Below are positions 46,053 through 55,639 of a stretch of 64,000 nucleotides of DNA, one piece after another; within the stretch, counting starts at the first letter, position 1; every line of letters begins with the position of its first letter. The stretch covers positions 192 through 64,191 of the forward strand of contig JAFVPD010000016.1 in assembly GCA_017505535.1 (NCBI GenBank), in the 5' to 3' direction. Made by a program: the position numbers and the translations under genes. The DNA comes from Muribaculaceae bacterium. Lineage in GTDB: Bacteria; Bacteroidota; Bacteroidia; Bacteroidales; Muribaculaceae. Below the pieces are notes generated by a model, which saw only the letters and a list, made by a program, of their open reading frames with translations, did no database searches and was not told the origin of the DNA.

Positions 46053-47489
46053 ATGGACGAGTCTTTACAATTAAGTCAAGAGCTTAAACAGCAACAGCGG
46101 CTCACTCCTCTTCAGGTGCAATTTGTCAAAATGCTTGAAATGACAGGTCCCGAAGTGGAGGACGAGGTGCGCCGTGCTGTTGATGAAAACCCGGCCCTTG
46201 AAGTGAGCGAGAACGACTCATCAATTCCTCTAAACATTGATGATGATGGCGAGCAGTTCCGAGAAAGTGCCGAAGAGATGCAACGCGCCGACTATCGCAC
46301 CGAAGATGACATTCCTTCTTATCGTCTCGAGGCTCGCAATCACAGTGCCGACGACTCCCACTATGAGCCCGAAGCAACATATTCGCCCGACTCAATCATT
46401 GACACACTCACATCGCAACTCGACGAACTTGAGATTGATGATCTTGAGAAAAAAATAGGCTATTACATCATTGGGTGTATCGATGACAATGGCTACCTCT
46501 CACGAAGTATTCAACAAATTAACGACGACCTGACTTTCAATGTAGGGCTTGACGTAGATGCCTCGGTGGTAAAAAAGGCTATGAGTCACGTGCGATCGCT
46601 TGATCCGGCCGGGATATGTGCCATTGATTTGCGCGATTGTCTCCTATTGCAGCTCAACCGCCAAGAGCCATCGGACGTAGTGAAACTCGCCACCGAAATA
46701 ATAGCCGATTATTTCGACCTATTTTCAAAAATGCACTACGACAAATTGTGCACCGAGCTATCTATCACTCAGTCCCAACTAAAAGAGGCTGTAAACCACA
46801 TACGCAGTCTCAATCCCAAGCCCGGCAGCATCATTACCGGCAGCATAGCCGAAGACCGTAGCCGTCACATCATACCCGATTTCAGCGTCGAAGTTGACGG
46901 TGAGAACATTACACTCTCATTGCTTAACAACATTCCTGAGCTACAAATCGAGGCCACATTTGCCGAATGTGATCTTGACAAATTGACACCCCGTGAAAAA
47001 GAAGCCCAAACATTTATAAAACAAAAGCGCGAAGAAGCCCGTGGCTTTATTGCCGTACTGAAAATGCGACAAGAAACATTATACAATGTGATGAAAGCCA
47101 TCATCTCAATCCAACGCAACTTCTTCCTCACCGAAGATGAGAGCCTCATTAAACCAATGATACTCAAAGACATTGAAGCAATCACAGGATATAATGTATC
47201 AGTAATATCACGAGCCACCTCCGGCAAATATGTTATGACCTCACGAGGAATTTATCCCATCAAGCTCTTCTTCAATGAACGACCAAAAGAAGATGAAGAT
47301 ACATCTTTTCACGAAATACAAGCCGTGCTCAAAGAATTGATTGCTTCGGAGAATAAGCGCAAACCCATGAGTGACGAAGCATTAACCGCCGAATTGAGAC
47401 AACGTGGCTACGATATTGCACGACGCACGGTTGCAAAATACCGCGAGCGTCTGGGCCTCCCGGTTGCGCGATTGCGAAAAACATTATAA
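46053..47489 (+). CDS. rpoN: RNA polymerase sigma-54 factor
   Basis: 478 aa with an N-terminal Q/L-rich activator-interacting region, an acidic region, and the RpoN box ARRTVAKYR. Confidence 0.95.
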   Translation: MDESLQLSQELKQQQRLTPLQVQFVKMLEMTGPEVEDEVRRAVDENPALEVSENDSSIPLNIDDDGEQFRESAEEMQRADYRTEDDIPSYRLEARNHSADDSHYEPEATYSPDSIIDTLTSQLDELEIDDLEKKIGYYIIGCIDDNGYLSRSIQQINDDLTFNVGLDVDASVVKKAMSHVRSLDPAGICAIDLRDCLLLQLNRQEPSDVVKLATEIIADYFDLFSKMHYDKLCTELSITQSQLKEAVNHIRSLNPKPGSIITGSIAEDRSRHIIPDFSVEVDGENITLSLLNNIPELQIEATFAECDLDKLTPREKEAQTFIKQKREEARGFIAVLKMRQETLYNVMKAIISIQRNFFLTEDESLIKPMILKDIEAITGYNVSVISRATSGKYVMTSRGIYPIKLFFNERPKEDEDTSFHEIQAVLKELIASENKRKPMSDEALTAELRQRGYDIARRTVAKYRERLGLPVARLRKTL

Positions 47490-47512
47490 TCATTTCTTCA
47501 CTAAAAAGCTCT

Positions 47513-48115
47513 ATGATTAATTTTTTCGCTCGTGTATTATCGGTTATTTTGAGTCCTCTGATTCTGCCCACCTACGGCATGATTATAGCACTGTGGACCT
47601 CATCACTGAGCACAATACCCACAATCAATCGCATAGCCGTTACAATCATGGTGTTTTTGTTCACCAATCTGTTGCCGGCAGCAATCATCGCCTTACTCAT
47701 GCGCATGAAAGTAATTACCTCATGGGCCTTACCGAGCAAAAAAGAGCGCAATATTCCCTTTATCGTGGCTATATTGTGCTATGTGAGTTGCACAATTTAT
47801 TTGGCCAATATCATGGCTCCACTTTGGCTACTAATGTTTTTGATTGCAGCCACATTAACCGCAATTACTTGTGGCATAATAAACCTGTGGTGGAAAATCA
47901 GTTTACACTGCGCCGCAACGGCCGGAGTATTAGGGTTGGCATTGCACATATTCGCTACATCAATAAATACCTGCAACATGCTACCCGTAATCTCTATTGC
48001 AATTTTGAGTCTTGGAGCCATTGCATCGGCTCGTCTCTTTTTAGAGCGACACACATTGGCCCAAGTTATCGCCGGTAGCATTGTCGGATTCCTTTGGGTA
48101 TATCTTCTAACGTAA
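47513..48115 (+). CDS. PAP2-superfamily-like integral membrane protein
   Basis: 200 aa with about 6 TM helices. The C-terminal ...SARLFLERHTLAQVIAG resembles the SRxxxxxHxxxD PAP2 motif but is divergent. Confidence 0.55.
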   Translation: MINFFARVLSVILSPLILPTYGMIIALWTSSLSTIPTINRIAVTIMVFLFTNLLPAAIIALLMRMKVITSWALPSKKERNIPFIVAILCYVSCTIYLANIMAPLWLLMFLIAATLTAITCGIINLWWKISLHCAATAGVLGLALHIFATSINTCNMLPVISIAILSLGAIASARLFLERHTLAQVIAGSIVGFLWVYLLT

Positions 48116-48152
48116 ATTATTAAAACTACTAATCATATCAACCTAATTAATT

Positions 48153-48659
48153 ATGACACCAATCGTAAGCATTATAATGGGAAGCACCTCTGACCTTCCC
48201 ATTCTAGAAAAAGCAGCCGCATTTCTCGATCAAATGGAAGTGCCTTTTGAAATGAACGCACTATCGGCACACCGCACACCCGCTCAAGTTGAAGAATTTG
48301 CAAGAAACGCAAAATCACGTGGCATTAAAGTAATCATCGCAGCAGCAGGAATGGCGGCAGCTCTTCCCGGAGTTATCGCAGCAATGACTCCACTACCTGT
48401 GATCGGTGTACCCATCAACTCGACCCTCGACGGACAAGATGCCCTTCTTTCAATCGTGATGATGCCCCCGGGAATCTCAGTGGCAACCGTAGGAATCAAT
48501 GCAGGATTGAATGCAGCAGTGATGGCCGTACAAATGCTTGCATTGAGCGATGAAGCATTAGCCGCACGTTTCGACGGATATAGAGCTAAACTTCAAGACA
48601 AGATTGTTAAAGCAAATGCCGATTTGAAAGAAGTAAAATACAACTTCAAGACAAATTAA
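48153..48659 (+). CDS. purE: 5-(carboxyamino)imidazole ribonucleotide mutase
   Basis: 168 aa with the MGSTSD and AAGMAAALPGV motifs. Confidence 0.95.
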   Translation: MTPIVSIIMGSTSDLPILEKAAAFLDQMEVPFEMNALSAHRTPAQVEEFARNAKSRGIKVIIAAAGMAAALPGVIAAMTPLPVIGVPINSTLDGQDALLSIVMMPPGISVATVGINAGLNAAVMAVQMLALSDEALAARFDGYRAKLQDKIVKANADLKEVKYNFKTN

Positions 48660-48685
48660 ACATCAACCCATAACTTGCCTCAATC

Positions 48686-50401
48686 ATGAGTGTATTTGAT
48701 TATACCCGACGCAAATCCCACTCGGTAAATATCGGAGGGATTCCGTTAGGCAGCGATTTTCAAGTGAGGTTACAATCCATGACCTCAACGTCAACAATGG
48801 ATACCTCGGCTTCGGTCGAACAATGCAAACGCATTGCCGATGCAGGCGCCTCATATGTGAGACTCACAGCCCAAGGCGTGCGCGAAGCGAGCAACATGGG
48901 CATCATACGCCAACAGTTGCGAGATGCCGGCTATTCAATCCCCCTTGTTGCCGACATACACTTCAACCCCAAAGCCGCCTTTGAAGCTGCGCAACAAGTG
49001 GAAAAAGTGCGCATTAACCCCGGAAACTTTGTTGACCCGGGACGCACCTTTAAACAACTATCCTACACCGACGAGGAATATGCATCGGAGATAACAAAAA
49101 TCAGCAATACACTCATTCCATTTCTTGACCTATGTAAACAACATGGCACGGCGATTCGCATCGGAGTAAATCATGGTTCGCTTAGCGACCGCATCATGAG
49201 TCGCTATGGCGACACACCGGCCGGAATGGTGGAATCGGCCATGGAATTCCTACGAGTGTGTGTCGCGCAAAATTTCTACGATGTGGTAATCTCCATAAAA
49301 GCCTCCAACACCGTCATCATGGTCGAAACCGTGCGACGCATGGTCAAGGCCATGGAGAATGAAGGCATGGATTTTCCTCTACACTTGGGAGTTACCGAAG
49401 CCGGCGACGGAGAAGATGGTCGCATAAAATCGGCTGTGGGCATCGGCACCCTTCTCAGTGAAGGCATCGGCGACACAATTCGCGTCTCACTCAGCGAGGA
49501 CCCCGAATTTGAGATTCCGGTAGCACGAACATTGGTAAACTATATCGCTCAACGCTCCTCGGCCCCATCTATTCAAGGCGAATTCTACACTCAATATGAT
49601 TATTGCGCCCCTCAACGTCGCAAAAGCGTGGCAATAAACAATATCGGTGGCGACAATCCCCCAATTGTTGCAATCGACAATGATGAATGCAACACCTCGA
49701 CCGAGACCGGTTTACGAGCCGACATTTTTAACGCCTCCAACTATATCAATCGTGGCGATTTCATCGAAATCAATGCCGCTCAACGTCCAACACCTGCCCT
49801 CAAAGAGCAGGCCGACAAGGTTATTGTTCTCTATAGTTGCCATAAAAACCACATTGGCGAAATGCAAGCTTGGCTACATCAAGCAATGCAATTAAACATC
49901 TGCAATCCCGTAATCCTACGCATTGACTATGGAGACGCAGCGGCCGAAGATGTCGCAATTATGGCAGCGGCCGACTTTGGCACTCTATTGATGAATGGAT
50001 TTAGAGATGGTATATGGTTGCGAGCATCTGCCATTTCGCCCGAAGAAATCACTCGTTTTGCTTTTGGAATTTTACAAGCGGCACGATTGCGCATAACTCG
50101 CACCGAATACATTTCATGTCCCAGTTGCGGCCGCACTCTCTTTGACCTCCAAACAACACTCAAAGAGGTAAAAGCAGCCACTGCCCACCTCAAAGGGTTA
50201 AAAATAGGTGTCATGGGGTGCATCGTAAACGGTCCCGGAGAAATGGCCGATGCCGACTATGGGTATGTGGGAGCGGCCGCCGGAAAAGTGAGTCTCTATA
50301 AAGGTAAAACTTGCGTAGAGAAAAACATTCCCGCCGAAGAAGCAATCGAGCATCTGATAAATCTCATAAAATCATCTGACGACTGGGTTGACCCCGTGTA
50401 A
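48686..50401 (+). CDS. ispG: 4-hydroxy-3-methylbut-2-en-1-yl diphosphate synthase (long form)
   Basis: 571 aa with a TIM-barrel N-terminal domain, an inserted domain, and C-terminal 4Fe-4S ligands (CPSCGRT, GCIVNGPGE). Confidence 0.93.
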   Translation: MSVFDYTRRKSHSVNIGGIPLGSDFQVRLQSMTSTSTMDTSASVEQCKRIADAGASYVRLTAQGVREASNMGIIRQQLRDAGYSIPLVADIHFNPKAAFEAAQQVEKVRINPGNFVDPGRTFKQLSYTDEEYASEITKISNTLIPFLDLCKQHGTAIRIGVNHGSLSDRIMSRYGDTPAGMVESAMEFLRVCVAQNFYDVVISIKASNTVIMVETVRRMVKAMENEGMDFPLHLGVTEAGDGEDGRIKSAVGIGTLLSEGIGDTIRVSLSEDPEFEIPVARTLVNYIAQRSSAPSIQGEFYTQYDYCAPQRRKSVAINNIGGDNPPIVAIDNDECNTSTETGLRADIFNASNYINRGDFIEINAAQRPTPALKEQADKVIVLYSCHKNHIGEMQAWLHQAMQLNICNPVILRIDYGDAAAEDVAIMAAADFGTLLMNGFRDGIWLRASAISPEEITRFAFGILQAARLRITRTEYISCPSCGRTLFDLQTTLKEVKAATAHLKGLKIGVMGCIVNGPGEMADADYGYVGAAAGKVSLYKGKTCVEKNIPAEEAIEHLINLIKSSDDWVDPV

Positions 50402-50407
50402 ATTTTC

Positions 50408-51637
50408 ATGAAAGCCGAAGAATTGGTATTATATCACACTCTGCCTAACGGACTGCGCATCGTTTACCGTCACTGCGATTCGTCTGTTGAATATTGTGGT
50501 GTTGCAGTAAACGTCGGTAGTAGAGATGAGCAATGCGACGAATATGGACTTGCCCACTTTGTTGAGCACACCATATTCAAAGGCACCGAACATCGCAAAT
50601 CGTGGCACATAATCAATCGTATGGAATCGGTTGGAGGTGAGCTGAATGCCTATACCACCAAAGAAGAAACCGTTTTATATTCCATATTCCCCCAAGGGAA
50701 TCTCACTCGTGCAGTTGACCTCATCGCCGACCTCATCATCAACTCGCGTTTCCCTTCGGCCGAGCTTGAAAAAGAACGTGACGTTGTTACCGACGAAATC
50801 AATTCATACCTTGACACCCCATCGGAAGCCGCCTATGATGATTTTGAAGACCTATTGTTTAAAGGCTCTCAGCTTGGGCATAACATACTTGGCAATGTTG
50901 ACACGCTCAACAACATCACTTCATCTACCTGCAAATCCTATTTGCAACAATTCTACACAGCTCCCAATATGGTGTTTTTCTACATGGGAGCAACATCGGC
51001 ATCGAAAGTTTTTAAGACAGTAGAAAAATATCTCGCCACATTATCACCACATCAACCATCGAGACAGCGCATTGTTCCCCCGCAAGCGCCTCGGTTTGAG
51101 ATTAAGCGAGAAATAGAATCACACCAGTCCCACACCATTATCGGAGCACGACTTCCGGGCTTGTACTCACCTCAAAGATACACAATAGCTCTGTTAGCCA
51201 ATATCTTGGGAGGACTGGGCATGAATTCAATGTTAAACGTGTCCCTACGTGAAAAACGTGGACTCGTTTATACTGTCGAAGCTTCAACCGCAGCATTTTC
51301 CGACTCCGGGGCATTAATGATATACTTTGGTTGTGACCATGACGATGTGAACAAGTGCAATCGTTTAATTTCAGGGATTTTATCCCGTTTGGCTGAATCT
51401 CCGCTTTCAGTGCGGTCAATAGATGCGGCTAAGAAACAATATCTTGGACAACTCGCTGTTTCATCAGATAATCGCGAACAAGCTGCAATATCCACAGCTC
51501 GCGCAATGTTGTATCATGGTGAAATATCTTCGGCCCAAGAACTCCGAGATAAAATCATGAGAATCACACCGCAAGATATTCTTGACGTAGCGCAACTCTT
51601 CATTCCCGAAAAATGTTCAACCCTCACATTAGGATAG
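50408..51637 (+). CDS. M16 family (pitrilysin/insulinase-like) zinc peptidase
   Basis: 409 aa with the inverted zinc motif HFVEH. Confidence 0.88.
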   Translation: MKAEELVLYHTLPNGLRIVYRHCDSSVEYCGVAVNVGSRDEQCDEYGLAHFVEHTIFKGTEHRKSWHIINRMESVGGELNAYTTKEETVLYSIFPQGNLTRAVDLIADLIINSRFPSAELEKERDVVTDEINSYLDTPSEAAYDDFEDLLFKGSQLGHNILGNVDTLNNITSSTCKSYLQQFYTAPNMVFFYMGATSASKVFKTVEKYLATLSPHQPSRQRIVPPQAPRFEIKREIESHQSHTIIGARLPGLYSPQRYTIALLANILGGLGMNSMLNVSLREKRGLVYTVEASTAAFSDSGALMIYFGCDHDDVNKCNRLISGILSRLAESPLSVRSIDAAKKQYLGQLAVSSDNREQAAISTARAMLYHGEISSAQELRDKIMRITPQDILDVAQLFIPEKCSTLTLG

Positions 51638-51677
51638 ATTTACACGTTTTGCACCTTGCATTACCAAGAATAATATT

Positions 51678-51685
51678 TAAATTTG
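51678..51685 (+). promoter_or_regulatory. -7 box (TAAATTTG) for the threonine dehydratase gene
   Basis: Matches TAnnTTTG, 41 nt upstream of the ATG at 51726. Confidence 0.5.
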
Positions 51686-51725
51686 CAATCATATTCCAAT
51701 AACATCAAATAAACGCTATTGTTCC

Positions 51726-52922
51726 ATGCTTGAGCTTAGTGAAATATATCGCGCGGCAGACGTACTCAAAGCCGTTGCCCGACACACCGAATTGATTGAA
51801 ACAAAGAAAATCAATCCGTTGGCCCACATATATATTAAACCCGAAAATCTTCAATACACCGGATCGTTTAAACTTCGTGGCGCATACTATAAAATTTCAC
51901 AACTATCTGACTCGGAAAAATCACGAGGAGTAATTGCATGCTCAGCCGGAAATCATGCTCAGGGTGTTGCACTCGGTGCAACCCACAACGGCATCAAATC
52001 ATTGATATGTCTCCCAGCCGGAGCTCCTATTTCAAAAGTTGAAGCTACAAAAGGATATGGCGCTGAAGTGTGCCTTGTCCCGGGAGTATATGACGATGCC
52101 TATCAACGAGCCCTTGAACTGCGAGATGAACATGGCTACACATTTGTTCACCCCTTTGACGATCCCAAAGTTATTGCCGGACAAGGCACTATTGGTCTTG
52201 AAATTCTTGAAGACATGCCCGACGTAGAGGCAGTTATAGTCCCCATTGGAGGCGGAGGGCTCATCTCGGGAGTAGCATTCACCATCAAGTCACTACGACC
52301 CGATGTGAAAGTATATGGAATACAAGCCCAGGGAGCTCCAAGCATGGCTCAATCCCTACATGACGGACACATCACTAGACTTTCCAACGTTTCAACAATT
52401 GCCGATGGGATTGCAGTAAAAGAGCCCGGAGTTAACACGTTTGAAATGTGTCGCAAATATGTTGACGACGTTGTAACTGTATCGGAAGATGAAATTGCAG
52501 CAGCTATCCTCAATTTAATTGAACAACAGAAACTTGTAGCCGAAGGTGCCGGGGCCGTATCGGTTGCAGCCGCAATGTTTAACAAAGTACCCATTGAGGG
52601 CAAAAAAGTAGTGTGCGTGGTTTCGGGGGGTAATATCGACGTGAGTATTCTCAACCGAGTTATCACTCGCGGTTTGACAAAAAGTGGTCGCAATTGTTCT
52701 TTCACTATTATGTTATATGACAAACCGGGCCAACTCTCGGCCGTTTGTAATGTTATCGCTCGACTTGGAGGGAACATCATCTCGGTAAATCATGAACGCA
52801 CCAATGCCGGCACACACATTACCGGCTGCACAATCAGAGTGACACTTGAAACGCGTAACACTCAACATATCGCAACAATTCTATCAGGGCTCAAAGAGGC
52901 CGGGTATGAGGTTATAGACTGA
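51726..52922 (+). CDS. ilvA: Threonine ammonia-lyase (threonine dehydratase) with a C-terminal ACT-like domain
   Basis: 398 aa with the PLP lysine motif SFKLRGA and a GGGGL loop. Confidence 0.88.
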   Translation: MLELSEIYRAADVLKAVARHTELIETKKINPLAHIYIKPENLQYTGSFKLRGAYYKISQLSDSEKSRGVIACSAGNHAQGVALGATHNGIKSLICLPAGAPISKVEATKGYGAEVCLVPGVYDDAYQRALELRDEHGYTFVHPFDDPKVIAGQGTIGLEILEDMPDVEAVIVPIGGGGLISGVAFTIKSLRPDVKVYGIQAQGAPSMAQSLHDGHITRLSNVSTIADGIAVKEPGVNTFEMCRKYVDDVVTVSEDEIAAAILNLIEQQKLVAEGAGAVSVAAAMFNKVPIEGKKVVCVVSGGNIDVSILNRVITRGLTKSGRNCSFTIMLYDKPGQLSAVCNVIARLGGNIISVNHERTNAGTHITGCTIRVTLETRNTQHIATILSGLKEAGYEVID

Positions 52923-53047
52923 TATATTCTATGCTTGGGGGCCATTGACAGTTGGAGTTTTTGACCTAAGTTTATCCCTTAAGTCAAATATTTTTTCCTT
53001 TTTGTCGTTTTTAACAAATTCTCAAATTTTCATAAGAGAATAAATTG

Positions 53048-53075
53048 TAAGTTTGCATCTTAATTTGCAAACTTA
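53048..53075 (+). promoter_or_regulatory. Perfect 10-bp inverted repeat (putative operator) overlapping the -7 box of the efflux operon
   Basis: TAAGTTTGCA (53048-53057), an 8-nt spacer, then TGCAAACTTA (53066-75). TAAGTTTG matches TAnnTTTG. Lies 35-60 nt upstream of the ATG at 53110. Confidence 0.5.
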
Positions 53076-53109
53076 GTACATATATTCATCTAATTTTTCA
53101 AGAAATTTT

Positions 53110-54549
53110 ATGAAATTTCAATCATTAGGAGCTACATTACTCTCCTTTGCGATTGCAGTCCCCGCCTATGTTTCAGCACAAGAGACTGCCAATGTTGACA
53201 CGCTCGCGTTGTCATTGGATCAATGTATAGCTATCGCACTTGACGACAATCCTGCGATCAAGATAGCCGATATGGAAATCGAACGAGTTGACTACTCTAA
53301 GAAAGAGATTATCGGTCAATTGCTACCGTCAATCAGTTTTGATGCAACCTATAGCCGCACTGTTGAAAAACAAGTTGCCTATATGAACATGAGCGCATTC
53401 AAAGGATTGGGAGGTTCTTCGTCATCGGGAAGCGAATCTTCAGACGAGTCCACAACAACTTCAAAATCAAGTGGAAATAATGGTATCAAAATGGGGCTTG
53501 ACAACTCCTATGCAATGGGATTTACAGCCGCAATGCCAATTATTGCGCCTCAATTGTGGAAAACGCTAAGCCTATCTGACACTCAGATACTTCAAAACGT
53601 TGAAGCTGCTCGCAAATCACGCATCGACTTGATCAATCAAGTAAAAGCGGCCTACTACGGGCTATTATTGGCCGAAGATTCCTACAAAGTTATTCTTGAA
53701 AGCTTTGAGAATGCGAAATTCAACCACGACGTATATCTCAAGAAATATCAAGTGGGTACAGCATCGGAATATGACGTGCTCCGTTCATCGGTTACAATGA
53801 AAAACATTGAACCCGAATTATCTCAAGCCGAAATTGCAATTAAACAAGCTCGTCTTCAGCTAATGATTTTGATGGGCATGGAGGCATCGGTACCGGTTAA
53901 GACAACCACCAAATTGTCGGACTATGAAGAAACAATGTATGACAACACATTATCATTGAGCCGTTCTATCGCAGATAATAGCGACTTGCGCATGTTGGAT
54001 CTTCAAACCAAATCACTCAAAGATGCTCTCTCAATTCAGAAAATGGCTTGGTTCCCAACCCTTGCACTCACAGCAAACTACAACTGGACCTCATCGACCA
54101 ACGGAACTCCATTTAAGCACATTAATTGGAATCCCTATTCGGTTGTTGGCCTCACCTTGTCAATTCCAATTTTCCAAGGCGGACAACGATATACGCGCAT
54201 AAAACAAGCGTCAATACAAGTTCAAGAAATGAAATGGCAACGCGAAAACCTTGAGCGCACTCTAAAGATGCAAGTTGACGTTGCAATTGACAATATTCAA
54301 ATGAATGTAAAACAAATTGCATCTACTTCTGAGAGTGTAAAACAAGCCGACAAAGCTCATCAAATAATGACCAAAAGTTTTGAGATTGGTGCGGCATCAT
54401 ACCTCGACTTGCGCGACTCAGAGCTTGCGCTCACAAGAGCAAGACTTGCCTACTATCAATCAATCTATAACTATCTCATTGCCAATAGCAATCTTGAACT
54501 TTTACTTGGCAATGCCGATATCGAGAAATACTCCAACTTGAATAAATAA
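53110..54549 (+). CDS. TolC family outer membrane efflux protein
   Basis: 479 aa with a signal peptide and a duplicated OEP repeat architecture. First gene of the RND operon. Confidence 0.9.
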   Translation: MKFQSLGATLLSFAIAVPAYVSAQETANVDTLALSLDQCIAIALDDNPAIKIADMEIERVDYSKKEIIGQLLPSISFDATYSRTVEKQVAYMNMSAFKGLGGSSSSGSESSDESTTTSKSSGNNGIKMGLDNSYAMGFTAAMPIIAPQLWKTLSLSDTQILQNVEAARKSRIDLINQVKAAYYGLLLAEDSYKVILESFENAKFNHDVYLKKYQVGTASEYDVLRSSVTMKNIEPELSQAEIAIKQARLQLMILMGMEASVPVKTTTKLSDYEETMYDNTLSLSRSIADNSDLRMLDLQTKSLKDALSIQKMAWFPTLALTANYNWTSSTNGTPFKHINWNPYSVVGLTLSIPIFQGGQRYTRIKQASIQVQEMKWQRENLERTLKMQVDVAIDNIQMNVKQIASTSESVKQADKAHQIMTKSFEIGAASYLDLRDSELALTRARLAYYQSIYNYLIANSNLELLLGNADIEKYSNLNK

Positions 54550-54568
54550 CAATCAAACAACGCATATC

Positions 54569-55600
54569 ATGAACGCGACAAAAACGCTTATCAAATCTTG
54601 CTACGCAATAGCTCTTGCTTGTGCCATGACCGCTTGCAGTAGCGACAAAAACAACGAAACCAATACAGGTCAAACCGTAGAACTGCCTAAGGTTGAAATT
54701 CAAAAAGTGTATTCTCAAGACGTTGACCAAATTTCGGAATACACCGCAACAGTAGAAGCTTATAAAACAAACAACATCTCGACTTCTACTGCCAACCGCA
54801 TAAAAGATATTCTCGTTGATGTAGGCCACAAAGTTGCAAAAGGCCAAAAACTTGTGGTGCTTGACAATGTGAACATCGATCAACTAAAAGTGCGTCTCGA
54901 CAACATCGAACGCGAATACAACCGTGCCGTACAACTCCTTGAAATCGGAGGAGGAACACAATCGGCTGTTGACCAACTCAAAACCGAACTTGATGCCACT
55001 CGTCGTCAATATGACAACCTCGTTGAAAACACAGTACTCATTTCTCCTATTAACGGAGTTGTTACAGCGCGCAACTATGACCCGGGCGACATGACCGGCG
55101 CTACACCAATCCTCACAATCGAGCAATTGCGCCCTGTTAAGGTACTTGTAAACATCTCGGAAGGTGATTTCACAAAAGTGCACAAAGGCATGAAAGCCGA
55201 CATCAAACTTGACGTTTATGGCGACGAATTATTTACCGGAACAGTAGCATTAATTCACCCTACAATTGACCCGGCTACAAGAACTTTTACAATTGAAATT
55301 GATATCAACAACAACGATGAGCGCATCAGACCCGGAATGTTTGCTCGCGTCATCATGAATTATGGCACAGCCAATCACGTTGTTGTACCCGATCGCGCCG
55401 TTGTGAAACAAACAGGCTCAGGCAATCGCTTTGTTTACACCTACAAAGATGGAATTATAACCTTCAACAAAGTAGAATTGGGACAACGCATTAACAATGC
55501 CTACGAAGTAATCTCAGGTATTGAAGACGGAGCCGACGTTGTAATCACCGGCCAAAATCGCGTGGTAAACGGAGGTAAAGCTGAATTAGTTACAAAATAA
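54569..55600 (+). CDS. Efflux RND transporter periplasmic adaptor subunit
   Basis: 343 aa with the lipobox MTACS, a lipoyl-like/hairpin/beta-barrel layout, and the ...ISPINGVVTARN motif. Confidence 0.9.
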   Translation: MNATKTLIKSCYAIALACAMTACSSDKNNETNTGQTVELPKVEIQKVYSQDVDQISEYTATVEAYKTNNISTSTANRIKDILVDVGHKVAKGQKLVVLDNVNIDQLKVRLDNIEREYNRAVQLLEIGGGTQSAVDQLKTELDATRRQYDNLVENTVLISPINGVVTARNYDPGDMTGATPILTIEQLRPVKVLVNISEGDFTKVHKGMKADIKLDVYGDELFTGTVALIHPTIDPATRTFTIEIDINNNDERIRPGMFARVIMNYGTANHVVVPDRAVVKQTGSGNRFVYTYKDGIITFNKVELGQRINNAYEVISGIEDGADVVITGQNRVVNGGKAELVTK

Positions 55601-55639
55601 CAAAACATCACAAACCACAATTATAGATTATTATAAATC

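Noticed and set aside
47593-48078. 161-aa alternative-frame ORF within the PAP2-like gene
   Set aside because: It is on the same strand as, and overlaps, the 200-aa hydrophobic ORF that has coherent TM helices. The alternative frame is His/Arg/Asn-rich and not membrane-like.
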